A DNA stretch of 64,000 bases, from positions 22,415 through 86,414 of the forward strand of contig URBQ01000003.1 in assembly GCA_900546115.1 (NCBI GenBank). Reading direction: 5' to 3'. The notes under the pieces were generated by a model. The model saw only the letters and a list, made by a program, of their open reading frames with translations. It ran no database searches and was not told the origin of the DNA. Shown here piece after piece: positions 28,885 to 38,800 of this stretch; position 1 is the first letter of the stretch, and every line of letters begins with the position of its first letter. The position numbers and the translations under genes are program-made. This stretch comes from an uncultured Collinsella sp. GTDB taxonomy: Bacteria > Actinomycetota > Coriobacteriia > Coriobacteriales > Coriobacteriaceae.

Positions 28885-31182
28885 TTAGCGGCGCTTGCGG
28901 GTGGCCGTTGCCTTGCGGACGGAAGTCTTCTTGGTCGGAGCCTTTTTCTCGGTCGGAGCGGCAGCCTTGGTCTTAGCCTTGACCTCGGCGGCCTTCGGTG
29001 CCGGCTCGGGCTTGGTCTCCTCTTTGACGGCGGCGGGCATAGCCTCTGCCTTAGGAGCAGCAGCCTTGGTCGTGGTCTTTTTGGCCGTCGTTGCAGTGCG
29101 CTTGCGCGTGGTGGTCTTGGCGGTCGGCTTGGCCTCGACAGCTGCCTCGGCCTTGGGCTCGGCGGCTGCCTCCTCGGCCTTGGTCGCAGTAGCATTTGCG
29201 GCGGCCTTCGGAGCGGCCTTGGTCGCAGTAGCCTTGACGGCCGTCGACTTCGTTGCCGTGTTCTTCTTGACGGTCGTTGCCTTCTTGGCGGTCGTGGTCG
29301 TCTTCTTGGCAGCGGTCTTTGCCGGAGCCTTGGCGGCCGGCTTGGCCTCTGCGACCTCGGCCTTTACCTCGGGAGCAGCCTCGGCCTCGGCGGCTTTCTT
29401 GGCAGCGGCGGTGGTGCGCTTGCGCGCGGTCGTTGTCTTGGCAGCGGTGGTCTTGCTCGCGGTCGCGGTCTTGCTCGCAGCGGCTTTCGTGGTCGTGGCC
29501 TTCTTCGCCGTCGTCTTACGAGTCGCGGTCTTCTTAGCTGCGGGCTTTACAGCAGGCTTGACCTCGACCTCTGCCTTGGGAGCAACCTCAGCCTTCACCT
29601 CAGGCTCGGCCTTTGCGGGCTCAGCCTCAACAGACTTCTCCTCGGCCTTGGGCTCCTCGGCGGCCACCGGCTCAGCAACAGCCTCAGGCTCGTCGACAAC
29701 AGCCGCTGGCCTCTCAATCTCCGGATGCATAAAGAAGTACAGGTCCAGATACTTGTCGGCCGAGCGCGTCCAGCTAAAGTCCTGGCTCATTGCCTGCGTG
29801 ACCAGTTGGTTCCAGACATCGCGGTTGTCCCAGAACAGGCGCGCCGCGCGGAACACGGCGTCGCCCATCTCGTCGCCGTTAAAGTTACTAAACGAGAAGC
29901 CCGTGCCCTCGCCGGTAAACTCGTTATACGGGATCACCGTGTCCTTCAGACCACCGGTCTCGCGCACGATGGGCAGGGTGCCGTAGCGCATGGCGATGAT
30001 CTGTGAAAGGCCACAGGGTTCAAACTTCGAAGGCATCAGGAACATATCGGCGGCGGCATACATACGCTGCGACAGCGCAGGATCGAACTCGATGCGTGCG
30101 GCCATGGTTCCGGGGTACTTGTCCTGGAAGTAGCGCAGGCCGTCCTCGTAGTCGCGGTCGCCGGTGCCCAGCACCGCTACCTGCACGCCGCCGGCCAAAA
30201 TACGGTCGAGCGCGTACATGACCAGGTCCATGCCCTTCTGGCGCGTCAGGCGCGTGACCATCACCATGAGCGGACGGTCGTCGCGCACCTCGAGCCCCAG
30301 CTCTTCCTGCAGCTTGGCCTTGCACACGGCCTTGCCAGAACGGTCCTCGACGGTGTAGTTGGCGGCAATGCGCTTGTCGGTCGCCGGGTCAAAGCCCGCC
30401 ACGTCAATGCCGTTCAAAATGCCCTGCAGCGCATAGGATCGCTCGCGCAGCACGCCGTCCAGGCCCTCGCCAAACTCTGGCGTCTGGATCTCGCCCGCAT
30501 AGGTGGGGCTCACCGTGGTGATGGCATCGGCATAGCGCAGCGCGCCCAGCATGTAGTTGATGCTGCAGGCGTCGCAACGCAGCTGCGAGGCGGCCGCCGG
30601 AATGTGCGCCACGCCCAGGATGTCCTCCATCACGGTGTCGCTAAACTGGCCCTGGAACGCCACGTTATGGATCGAGAACACGGTCTTGACGCGGTCGTAT
30701 AGCGGCAGGCCCTGGTAGAACTCGCGCAAGAACACGGGCGCCAGTGCCGTCTGCCAGTCGTTGCAGTGCAGGATGTCACACTCAAAGCCCTCGGGCAGGT
30801 GCTGCAGGCTCTCGGTGATAGCCTTGGAGAAAAACGCAAATCGCTCGCCGTCGTCAAAGAAACCGTACGGATAGTCGCGTGCAAAGTAGCGCTCATTGTC
30901 GATGAACATGTACGTAACGCCGTCGTGCTCGAGCTTCTCGAGCCCGCAGTACTCGCTGCGCCAGCCCAGGCTCACGTAAAAGTCGGCGAAGTGTTGCATC
31001 TGGGACTTGTACTCGTCCTTGATGGTGGCGTACTTGGGTACCATCACGATGACCTCGGCGCCGGCGCGCACAAGCGCCGCAGGCAGAGAGCCCGCCACGT
31101 CGCCCAGGCCACCGGTCTTTACAAACGGTGCGCACTCGGCCGAGGCAAACACGATCTGCATCTTTTTGCTGGAATCTGCCAT
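28885..31182 (-). CDS. glgA: Glycogen synthase (ADP-glucose type) with ~275-aa Ala/Lys/Thr/Glu-rich C-terminal extension
   Basis: MQIVFASAECAPFVKTGGLGDVAGSLP (KTGGL motif). Start MADSSKK at 31182 lies 5 nt after GGGAGA. The low-complexity tail runs from about nt 29720 down to the stop. Confidence 0.9.
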   Translation of the reverse strand: MADSSKKMQIVFASAECAPFVKTGGLGDVAGSLPAALVRAGAEVIVMVPKYATIKDEYKSQMQHFADFYVSLGWRSEYCGLEKLEHDGVTYMFIDNERYFARDYPYGFFDDGERFAFFSKAITESLQHLPEGFECDILHCNDWQTALAPVFLREFYQGLPLYDRVKTVFSIHNVAFQGQFSDTVMEDILGVAHIPAAASQLRCDACSINYMLGALRYADAITTVSPTYAGEIQTPEFGEGLDGVLRERSYALQGILNGIDVAGFDPATDKRIAANYTVEDRSGKAVCKAKLQEELGLEVRDDRPLMVMVTRLTRQKGMDLVMYALDRILAGGVQVAVLGTGDRDYEDGLRYFQDKYPGTMAARIEFDPALSQRMYAAADMFLMPSKFEPCGLSQIIAMRYGTLPIVRETGGLKDTVIPYNEFTGEGTGFSFSNFNGDEMGDAVFRAARLFWDNRDVWNQLVTQAMSQDFSWTRSADKYLDLYFFMHPEIERPAAVVDEPEAVAEPVAAEEPKAEEKSVEAEPAKAEPEVKAEVAPKAEVEVKPAVKPAAKKTATRKTTAKKATTTKAAASKTATASKTTAAKTTTARKRTTAAAKKAAEAEAAPEVKAEVAEAKPAAKAPAKTAAKKTTTTAKKATTVKKNTATKSTAVKATATKAAPKAAANATATKAEEAAAEPKAEAAVEAKPTAKTTTRKRTATTAKKTTTKAAAPKAEAMPAAVKEETKPEPAPKAAEVKAKTKAAAPTEKKAPTKKTSVRKATATRKRR

Positions 31183-31272
31183 ATTGTCTCCCATGTTGCA
31201 ATTCGAGAATAGCCGCCTGGCACAAACCGGGCGGCTATTCCACATGTTACGAGCGATGTCGCGGTGCCAACG

Positions 31273-32400
31273 TTAACGTGCGATGGTGGTATCAGATGTT
31301 AACGGGGCCTTGCCCAGCACCAGGATGTTCTCGGGCGTGCCGCGAAGCTCGGTGTTGGTGGGGACCACGTTGTTCTTGTCCAGAATGGCATTCTCGACGC
31401 GTGCGCCGCTCTTGATGATGCAGCTCTGGTTGATGATCGAGTTGGTCACCGAAGCACCTTCCTCAACCACAACGCCGCGCGACAGGATCGAGTTGCGCAC
31501 GGTACCCTTGATGATGCAGCCGGCCGAGATGATCGAGTTGCACGCGTGGCTGCCGGTCGCATAGCGCGAAGGCGGCACGTCGTGGGCCTTGGTCAGGATC
31601 GGGCGCTCGGGATCAAAGAGCTTGTCGGACACGGTCTGGTCGAGCAGGTCCATACTGCGGCGATACAGCGACTTCTCGCTAAACACGCCTACGACCTCGC
31701 CCTTGTACTCGTAGCTGCACACGTCGATGTTGCCAAAGTCGCCCTGGAGTGCCTCGAGCAGGTCCAGATAGTCGGCAGCCTGGTAGTGATCGATAATCTC
31801 GAGCAGCGTCTGGCGGTTGACGATGCAGCAGTCCATAGAGGAGTTGTCGCCGTACACGACGCCGGCGCTCACGCCCGTCAGGCGGCCGTTCTCGTTAATC
31901 TCGAGTTTGGTCTCGTCATCGATGTTGCGCGTAGCCTTGGAGTACACCACGGTCATCTGGGCACCGGAGTTCTCGTGCGCCTCGATGATGGTGTTGAGGT
32001 CCATGTTAAAGATGATGTTGGTGCCCATCATCACGACATAGGGCTTGTCCGAGCGCTGGAACAGCGTCTTGTTGGAGATGATGTCGCGCAGCAAAAAGCG
32101 CATGCCGCCCTTGGTGGTGCCATAGGCGTTACCCGGTACCAGGAACAGGCCGCCCTTCTTGCGGTCCAGACCCCAGTCCTTGCCCGAGCCCACGTGGTCG
32201 ATCAGCGAGCGGTAGTTACCCGGCATGACAACGCCGACGGTCTTGATGCCGGCATTCATCATGTTGGAGAGCGGAAAGTCGATCAGGCGGTAGCGGCCCA
32301 AAAACGGGACGGACGCGATGGGACGGTCCTTGAGCAGCACGCTGCCGTAGGTCGAGGAGTAGTTAGCGGTGATATAACCGATGGCCTTGCGATTGATCAT
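31273..32400 (-). CDS. glgD: Glucose-1-phosphate adenylyltransferase, GlgD (regulatory) subunit
   Basis: MINRKAIGYI... start lies after GAAGGGGGAA, 4 nt downstream of the glgC stop. NTP-transferase fold without the GGxGxRL motif, plus a left-handed beta-helix C-terminus. Confidence 0.8.
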   Translation of the reverse strand: MINRKAIGYITANYSSTYGSVLLKDRPIASVPFLGRYRLIDFPLSNMMNAGIKTVGVVMPGNYRSLIDHVGSGKDWGLDRKKGGLFLVPGNAYGTTKGGMRFLLRDIISNKTLFQRSDKPYVVMMGTNIIFNMDLNTIIEAHENSGAQMTVVYSKATRNIDDETKLEINENGRLTGVSAGVVYGDNSSMDCCIVNRQTLLEIIDHYQAADYLDLLEALQGDFGNIDVCSYEYKGEVVGVFSEKSLYRRSMDLLDQTVSDKLFDPERPILTKAHDVPPSRYATGSHACNSIISAGCIIKGTVRNSILSRGVVVEEGASVTNSIINQSCIIKSGARVENAILDKNNVVPTNTELRGTPENILVLGKAPLTSDTTIAR

Positions 32401-32404
32401 CGGA

Positions 32405-33553
32405 TCATTCCCCCTTCCCGATAACGACGTCATTTCCGATGACGGCCGTATCCTTGGTGGTATCGACAGAGCCGAGCTTCACGCCCTCTTCGACCGTGGA
32501 GTTCTCGCCCAAAATGGCGCGGCAGATGTGCGCGCCGCTCTTAACGTGCGCGCCCGGCAGCAGCACGGAGTCCTCGACCACGGCGCGCTCCTCGATGATG
32601 ACATCGGTCGAAAGGATCGAGTGGCGAGCGGTGCCGTAGATCTTGCAGCCGTTGGAGACCAGGCAGTCGTCCAGGCGGCCGTCCGGACCAATGTAGTGCG
32701 GCGGACGCGTGGTGATGTTGGACATGATGGGGAAGTTCTTGTCAAACAGATCGAACTCGGGGTTGTTGCCCAGCAGGTCCATCGAGGTCTCGTGGAAGCT
32801 GGCGATGGTGCCGACGTCCTTCCAAAAGCCGTGGAACTCGTAGCTATACAGGCGCTTGTCCTCGCCGAGCAGCTTGGGGATGATGTCCTTACCAAAGTCG
32901 TGGCTCGAGCGCTGGTCCAGAGCGTCCTCCTCGAGCGCCTCGATTAGCACGTCGGCCGAGAAGATATAGATGCCCATGGATGCGAGGTTCGAATCGGGCT
33001 TCTCGGGCTTCTCGGTAAACTTGGTGATGCGGCCGTCATCGGGATCGGTGGTCAGAATGCCAAAGCGGCTGGCCTCCTCCCACGGCACGGGCATAACGCT
33101 CACGGTGAGGTCGGCGTTATTCTCAATGTGCGTCTTGAGCATCTTGCGGTAGTCCATGCGATACAGGTGGTCACCCGAAAGAATCAGGACGTACTTGGGG
33201 TCGTTGGCCTTGATGTAATCGAGGTTCTGCGTAATGGCGTCGGCCGTGCCCGCATACCAGGCGCCACCGGTCTGCGTTTCGTACGGCGGAAGGATCGACA
33301 CGCCGCCGTCACGGCTGTCCAGATCCCACGCCTCGCCTGAGCCCACGTAGGCATGCAACAGGTAGGGACGGTACTGCGTTAGAACGCCCACCGTGTCGAT
33401 GCCCGAGTTGGAGCAGTTGGAGAGCGAAAAGTCGATAATGCGGAACTTGCCGCCAAAGCTCACCGCCGGCTTGGCGATCTTTTGGGTCAGTGCCCCCAAT
33501 CGGCTACCCTGTCCTCCTGCGAGGAGCATCGCGATGCATTCTTTCTTACTCAT
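32405..33553 (-). CDS. glgC: Glucose-1-phosphate adenylyltransferase
   Basis: Motifs [13 protein letters not shown] and [10 protein letters not shown]; AAGGAGA Shine-Dalgarno before the ATG. Confidence 0.9.
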   Translation of the reverse strand: MSKKECIAMLLAGGQGSRLGALTQKIAKPAVSFGGKFRIIDFSLSNCSNSGIDTVGVLTQYRPYLLHAYVGSGEAWDLDSRDGGVSILPPYETQTGGAWYAGTADAITQNLDYIKANDPKYVLILSGDHLYRMDYRKMLKTHIENNADLTVSVMPVPWEEASRFGILTTDPDDGRITKFTEKPEKPDSNLASMGIYIFSADVLIEALEEDALDQRSSHDFGKDIIPKLLGEDKRLYSYEFHGFWKDVGTIASFHETSMDLLGNNPEFDLFDKNFPIMSNITTRPPHYIGPDGRLDDCLVSNGCKIYGTARHSILSTDVIIEERAVVEDSVLLPGAHVKSGAHICRAILGENSTVEEGVKLGSVDTTKDTAVIGNDVVIGKGE

Positions 33554-33659
33554 CGATTTCTCCTTCTGTCATCGATGTTTCTAAACCCGTTAGCGTCGGG
33601 CGCGGCGCTCGGTCGCGCCCGTCGAGTAATACCGTGCGGCAAAGGGAACTCGCGTGCCT

Positions 33660-36086
33660 TTACGCGTGCCAGATCTCGTCGCGGTACTCGCGAATGGTGC
33701 GGTCGCTCGAGAACCAGCCGGAGGAGGCGGTGTTGAGCAGCGCCTTGCGGTTCCAGGTCTCCTGGTCGCCATAGCTGCCGGTGAGCGCCTCCCACGCATC
33801 CACGTAGCTACGGAAGTCTGCCATGACCAGGTCGGGGTCGTTGTTGTTCATGAGCTCGTTGTAGATGCTCTCGAAGTTGCCCGAAAGACCCGCAAAGGTG
33901 TTGTCCTTGAGCTCGTCCATCACGCGGCCTAGGCGCTCTCGGTCGCCGTTGAGGGTATCCCACGCAAAGTAGCTGTTGGATGCCCAGAGCTGCTCGACCT
34001 CGGGAGCGGTCAGGCCAAAGATGGCCTCGTTCTCGCGGCCGGCCAGGTCGGCGATCTCGATGTTGGCGCCGTCGAGGGTGCCCAGCGTAATGGCGCCGTT
34101 CATCATGAGCTTCATGTTGGACGTGCCCGAGGCCTCCTTGCCGGCCGTGGAGATCTGTTCCGAGATCTCGGCGGCGGGGTAGATGAGCTGGGCGTTGCTC
34201 ACGCGGAAGTTGGGGATAAAGCAGACCTTCATGACCTCGTTGACGCGGGCATCCTTATTGATGACCTCGACAACGGAGTTAATGAGGCGGATGGTCTCCT
34301 TGGCAAAGGTGTAGCTCGAGGCAGCCTTGCCGCTAAAGATGAAGGTCGTCGGCGTCACGTGGAAGTTGGGATCGGCGATGCGACGGTTGTAGATGTCCAT
34401 CACCTTCATGATGTTCATGAGCTGGCGCTTGTAGGCATGGAAGCGCTTAACCTGAACATCGAAGACGGTGTTGGGATCGATGACCAGACCGGTCTCGGCC
34501 TTAACGTAGGCGGCCAGGCGTTCCTTGTTGGCGCGCTTGGAGGCTCCCACGGCCTTCAGGAACTCGGTGTCGTTTTGGAAACTTTTAAGCTTCTCAAGCT
34601 CAAAGGCGTCCTTGAGCCAGCCGTCGCCAATGGCATCGGTGACGAGCTTTGCGTAGGTGGGGTTGGCCTCGGCAAAGAAGCGACGGTGCGAGATGCCGTT
34701 GGTCTTGTTGTTGAACTTCTCGGGCGTTAAGGCATAGAAGTCCTTGAGCACAATGTTCTTGATGATGTCGGAGTGGATCTTTGCCACGCCGTTGACGCTA
34801 TGGCTGCAGATCACAGATAGGTTGGCCATGCGAATCTCGCCGTCCCACAGAATGGCGGTCTGGCGCAGACGCTCCTGCCAGCCCTCCTGCGTGGTATCGA
34901 ATGACTCGTGCCAACGACGGCTGATCTCGTCGATGATCTGGTATACGCGGGGAAGGAGCTTGGAGAACGTGCCGATGGGCCACTTCTCCAGAGCCTCGGG
35001 CAGGATGGTGTGGTTGGTGTAGCTCACGACCTGCGTTACGATGTTCCAGGCGTCGTCCCACTCGAGCTTCTTTTCGTCGATCAGGATGCGCATGAGCTCG
35101 GGGCCGCACATGGCGGGGTGGGTGTCGTTGGTATGGATGGCAACAAACTGCGGCAGCAGCTCCCAGTTCTCGCCGTGTTCCTTTTCAAAGGTGTCGAGCA
35201 GGCTGTAGATGCCGGCCGAGACAAACAGGTACTCCTGCTTTAGGCGCAGCAGTCGGCCGTGCTCGCCGGCGTCATTGGGGTAGAGGATGGCGCTGATGGC
35301 CTCGGCCTCGGCGCGCTCGGCGTCGGCCAGGGCATAGTCGCCGCGGTTGAAGGCCTCAAGGTCAAAGTGCTCTTCGACCGGCTCCGCAGCCCAGACGCGC
35401 AGCTTGTTGACGGTCTCGCCGGCATAGCCCACCACGGGGATGTCATAAGGGACCGCCAGGATGTCCTGCGTGTCCACCGTGCGGTAGAACGTGCGCCCGT
35501 TCTCCTCAAAGCCCTCAACATGGCCGCCAAACTTAATGGTCACGGCCTTGCCCTGACGACGGACCTCCCAGGGATAGCCGTGGGTGAGCCACTCGTCGGT
35601 GGTCTCCACCTGGCTACCGTTAACGATCTCCTGCTTAAACAGGCCGTAGCGGTAGCGCATGCCGTTGCCGTAGCCGGCGATGCCCTCGGCTGCCATGGAA
35701 TCCAGGAAGCAGGCTGCCAGGCGGCCCAGACCACCGTTGCCCAGAGCCGGATCGGGCTCCTGGTTCTCGATGACGGAAAGGTCGAAGCCCATGTCATCGA
35801 GCGCCTCGGCGACCATGTCGCGTACGCCAAAGTTGAGCAGGTAGTTGTCGAGCAGGCGGCCGATCAAAAACTCGATCGAGAAGTAGTACACGCGCTTTTT
35901 GCCCTCGGACACCACGCGGGCGTCGCTCTTGGTGGCAACGGTGCGGGCCTTCGCGGCCACGAGCTTGGCCAGGGCGTTAAAGCGGTCGAGGTCGCTGGCG
36001 GCCTCGACGCTCTTGCCGCTGATGCTCATGACGGCATCGCGATAGAGCTCGGTAAACTCCTGCTTGTTGTCGAAGATCGTATTCAT
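33660..36086 (-). CDS. glgP: Glycogen/maltodextrin phosphorylase
   Basis: 808 aa. PLP-lysine motif GKEASGTSNMKLMMNGA; SD GAAAGGA upstream. Confidence 0.9.
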   Translation of the reverse strand: MNTIFDNKQEFTELYRDAVMSISGKSVEAASDLDRFNALAKLVAAKARTVATKSDARVVSEGKKRVYYFSIEFLIGRLLDNYLLNFGVRDMVAEALDDMGFDLSVIENQEPDPALGNGGLGRLAACFLDSMAAEGIAGYGNGMRYRYGLFKQEIVNGSQVETTDEWLTHGYPWEVRRQGKAVTIKFGGHVEGFEENGRTFYRTVDTQDILAVPYDIPVVGYAGETVNKLRVWAAEPVEEHFDLEAFNRGDYALADAERAEAEAISAILYPNDAGEHGRLLRLKQEYLFVSAGIYSLLDTFEKEHGENWELLPQFVAIHTNDTHPAMCGPELMRILIDEKKLEWDDAWNIVTQVVSYTNHTILPEALEKWPIGTFSKLLPRVYQIIDEISRRWHESFDTTQEGWQERLRQTAILWDGEIRMANLSVICSHSVNGVAKIHSDIIKNIVLKDFYALTPEKFNNKTNGISHRRFFAEANPTYAKLVTDAIGDGWLKDAFELEKLKSFQNDTEFLKAVGASKRANKERLAAYVKAETGLVIDPNTVFDVQVKRFHAYKRQLMNIMKVMDIYNRRIADPNFHVTPTTFIFSGKAASSYTFAKETIRLINSVVEVINKDARVNEVMKVCFIPNFRVSNAQLIYPAAEISEQISTAGKEASGTSNMKLMMNGAITLGTLDGANIEIADLAGRENEAIFGLTAPEVEQLWASNSYFAWDTLNGDRERLGRVMDELKDNTFAGLSGNFESIYNELMNNNDPDLVMADFRSYVDAWEALTGSYGDQETWNRKALLNTASSGWFSSDRTIREYRDEIWHA

Positions 36087-36180
36087 ACGTTCCTTTCCCC
36101 CGGGGATGTTTCTCCCGGAACGGCTATGACTTGTATCCTACGCCCCGGCGGGGCGGGTTAATGCAGCGGTAACGGCTTTG

Positions 36181-38469
36181 TTACGCATTCTTGGCAGACG
36201 ACTTAACAGAAGCAGACTTGGCCTTGGTAGCGGCCTTTTTGGCAGCCGGCTTCTCGCTTGCGGTAGCCTTAGCAGCGGGATTTACTGCGGCCTTAGCCTT
36301 GGCCTTGGCCTTGGTCGCGGTTGCGGCCTTCGTCTTGGCCGGAGCCTTCTTGGCAGCCGCGGGCTTGGGCTTCACCGAGGACGTACGCTTTTTGGGCGCA
36401 GCCTTGGGCTCCTCAACCACCGGCGGCTTGTAGCTGCTGGGGCCACGGCGCTTAAGCACCACGCCAGCCAGGCCGGGCACCTTAATCTCAATGGAGTCCA
36501 TCTGCCCGTTCCAGGGATAGGGCTCGCTCGAGCAGGTGTAGGGCTCCTCACCGGCATAGCCGCTGCCGCCAAACTCGGGTCGGTCGGAGTCAAAGATGAC
36601 CTCCCAGTCACCTTCGCGCGGCACGCCCACGCGGAAGCTCTCGTAGCTCGCCGGATCAAAGTTGATCAGGATCACCAAGTCGTCGTCGATGTCCTCGCCC
36701 TGGCGCACAAAGCTCACGATAGACTGCTTGGAGTTGTCCGCATCGATCCAGGTAAAGCCGTCATCGGTGTAGCCGCGCTCGTACAGGGCGGGCTCGGCGG
36801 TGTATAGGTGATTAAGCGCCTTGATAAACGCCTGATGATGCCTGTGGGTCTCGTACTGCTCGGTCAGGAACCATTGGATGGACTCGTAGTAGCGCCACTC
36901 AATAAACTGGCCGATCTCGTTGCCCATAAAGTTGAGCTTGGCACCAGGGTGCGTCATCTGGTAGAAGGCCAGCGTGCGCAGACCGGCAAACTGGCGCCAC
37001 CAGTCGCCCGGCATGCGGCCGATCAGCGAGCACTTGCCGTGCACGACCTCGTCATGGCTCAGCGGGCAAATGAAGTTTTCGGTGAAGGCGTACATGATGG
37101 AGAACGTGAGCAGGCCGTGGTTTCCGGGGCGCCACGGAAAATCGGTCTGCATGTAGTGCAGGGTGTCGTTCATCCAGCCCATGTCCCACTTGTAGTGGAA
37201 GCCCAGGCCTCCGTCCTGCGGCGGATAGGTCACGAGCGGCCACGCGGTGGACTCCTCGGCCATCATCATCACGTCGGGGAAGTGGGCCTCCACGGCGCAG
37301 TTGACCTGGCGGATAAACGCGCTGGCGTCCAGATCCTCCTCGGTACCGTACTTGTTGAACTTCTTTTGGCCCGGATCGTCGATGCCAAAGTTGAGGTACA
37401 GCATGCTGGAAACGCCGTCCATGCGAATGCCGTCCACGTGGAAGTTCTCGAGCCAGTACAGCACGTTGGAGACCAGGAAGGAGCGAACCTCGCCGCGGGC
37501 GAAGTCGAACTTGTGCGTGCCCCAGTTGGGGTGAATCTCGTGTTCGAACAGCATGTGGCCGTTGAAGGTGGCAAGTCCGTGGTCGTCGGCGCAAAAACCG
37601 CCGGGCACCCAGTCCATGATCACACCGATGCCCGCCTCGTGGCACGCATCGATAAAGTGCATGAGCTGCTGCGGGTTGCCGTAACGCGACGTGGCGGCAA
37701 AGTAGCCGGTTGTCTGGTAGCCCCAGGAGCCGTCGAAGGGATGCTCCATAAGCGGCATGACCTCGATATGCGTGTAGCCCATGTCGCGCACGTAGTCCAC
37801 GAGCTCCACCGACAGGTCGTCGTAGGTGTAAAACTCGCCGCGCTGCGCGGGGAAGGGGTCCATGGGGCCGGGGTAGTTGCCGAACTCGTCGGGCTCGCCC
37901 TGCGGCGCGTCGCCGTGGCGCTTCCACGAGCCAATATGCACCTCGTAGATGTTAAGCGGCTGCGACATGTGGTTATGGCCGGCACGGCGCTTGAGCCATG
38001 CGGCGTCGTTCCACTGGTAGTCGTCGATGGTCCACAATACGCTTGCCGTTCCCGGAGGGCACTCGGCCTTAAAGGCGTACGGATCGGCCTTGTAGAGCTT
38101 TTCGCCCTCGTTGGTCTCGATAAGGTACTTATAGAGCTGACCCTGCTCGGCACCAGGAACAAAGCCTTCCCAAATAGCGCTCGTACGCACGGGAACCAGC
38201 GGGTCGGCTTGCTCATCCCAGTCGTTAAATTCGCCAATGACGTGGACGCTCTTTACGTCGGGCGCCCAAACGCAAAAGCGCCAGCCACGTGTACGGTTCT
38301 GCGTGTCGGGGTGAGCACCCATCTTTTCCCAGCTGCGCTCCCACATGCCAATGCCAAACAGGTAGACATCGTCCTTGGAGAGCTCCGGTGCGTGCGGGGC
38401 GGCTTTACGGGTGGCGGGCTTTTTGGTTACTGGCTTTAGCTTTGTATCGCTCACGTTTGATCCCATCAT
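36181..38469 (-). CDS. glgB: 1,4-alpha-glucan branching enzyme with ~80-aa Lys/Ala-rich C-terminal tail
   Basis: GH13 motifs GVIMDWVPGGF, DGIRMDGV, MMAEEST and LSHDEV. The first ATG is 38469 (the track uses TTG 38514), so the start is uncertain. Confidence 0.88.
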   Translation of the reverse strand: MMGSNVSDTKLKPVTKKPATRKAAPHAPELSKDDVYLFGIGMWERSWEKMGAHPDTQNRTRGWRFCVWAPDVKSVHVIGEFNDWDEQADPLVPVRTSAIWEGFVPGAEQGQLYKYLIETNEGEKLYKADPYAFKAECPPGTASVLWTIDDYQWNDAAWLKRRAGHNHMSQPLNIYEVHIGSWKRHGDAPQGEPDEFGNYPGPMDPFPAQRGEFYTYDDLSVELVDYVRDMGYTHIEVMPLMEHPFDGSWGYQTTGYFAATSRYGNPQQLMHFIDACHEAGIGVIMDWVPGGFCADDHGLATFNGHMLFEHEIHPNWGTHKFDFARGEVRSFLVSNVLYWLENFHVDGIRMDGVSSMLYLNFGIDDPGQKKFNKYGTEEDLDASAFIRQVNCAVEAHFPDVMMMAEESTAWPLVTYPPQDGGLGFHYKWDMGWMNDTLHYMQTDFPWRPGNHGLLTFSIMYAFTENFICPLSHDEVVHGKCSLIGRMPGDWWRQFAGLRTLAFYQMTHPGAKLNFMGNEIGQFIEWRYYESIQWFLTEQYETHRHHQAFIKALNHLYTAEPALYERGYTDDGFTWIDADNSKQSIVSFVRQGEDIDDDLVILINFDPASYESFRVGVPREGDWEVIFDSDRPEFGGSGYAGEEPYTCSSEPYPWNGQMDSIEIKVPGLAGVVLKRRGPSSYKPPVVEEPKAAPKKRTSSVKPKPAAAKKAPAKTKAATATKAKAKAKAAVNPAAKATASEKPAAKKAATKAKSASVKSSAKNA

Positions 38470-38664
38470 GACGCGGCAGCATGTTGCCTTGGTGACTAGA
38501 TGCCAAAGGTCCAAGGCTGCACGAATCGAAGGGACGGCGAAGTTTCAGTGATTCGTTCCACCTCGCGTGCTCGGTGGAACTTTCGGCAAAAACTACGATA
38601 ACACCTGTACGTTAGTTTTATGGACGAAAGTGGATTTTCGGGGGCGTTTAATCGGTAAGCGCCG

Positions 38665-38779
38665 TGTTTATACCATTGGCAGAATTGCCGTGGTAAAACT
38701 CTTGACAGCTTTTACCAATTAGGGTTTCAAATTGTTAGTCAGACGTTTGGTAAAACGTTTTTAGCAGCTTGTTTACCAT
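38665..38779. promoter_or_regulatory. Array of TGGTAAAA / TTTTACCA half-sites in the glgB / HAD divergent region (candidate operators)
   Basis: TGGTAAAA at 38691 and 38748; complementary TTTTACCA at 38710 and GTTTACCA at 38771; degenerate copy TATACCA near 38670. A TTGACA hexamer (38702-38707) sits between the first pair. The palindrome AAAACGTTTT lies at 38752-38761. Confidence 0.3.
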
Positions 38780-38800
38780 TTGACATCGAAAGGCTCGGTT

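Noticed and set aside
28895-29986. 363-aa + strand ORF made of Ala/Val/Leu/Phe repeats
   Set aside because: It is the mirror image of the GlgA low-complexity tail. Complementing Lys/Ala/Thr codons gives Phe/Ala/Val-rich pseudo-protein. It has no start context.
36808-38439. 543-aa + strand ORF, and 36178-36807 +
   Set aside because: Both are antisense to glgB, whose GH13 signature regions are unambiguous.
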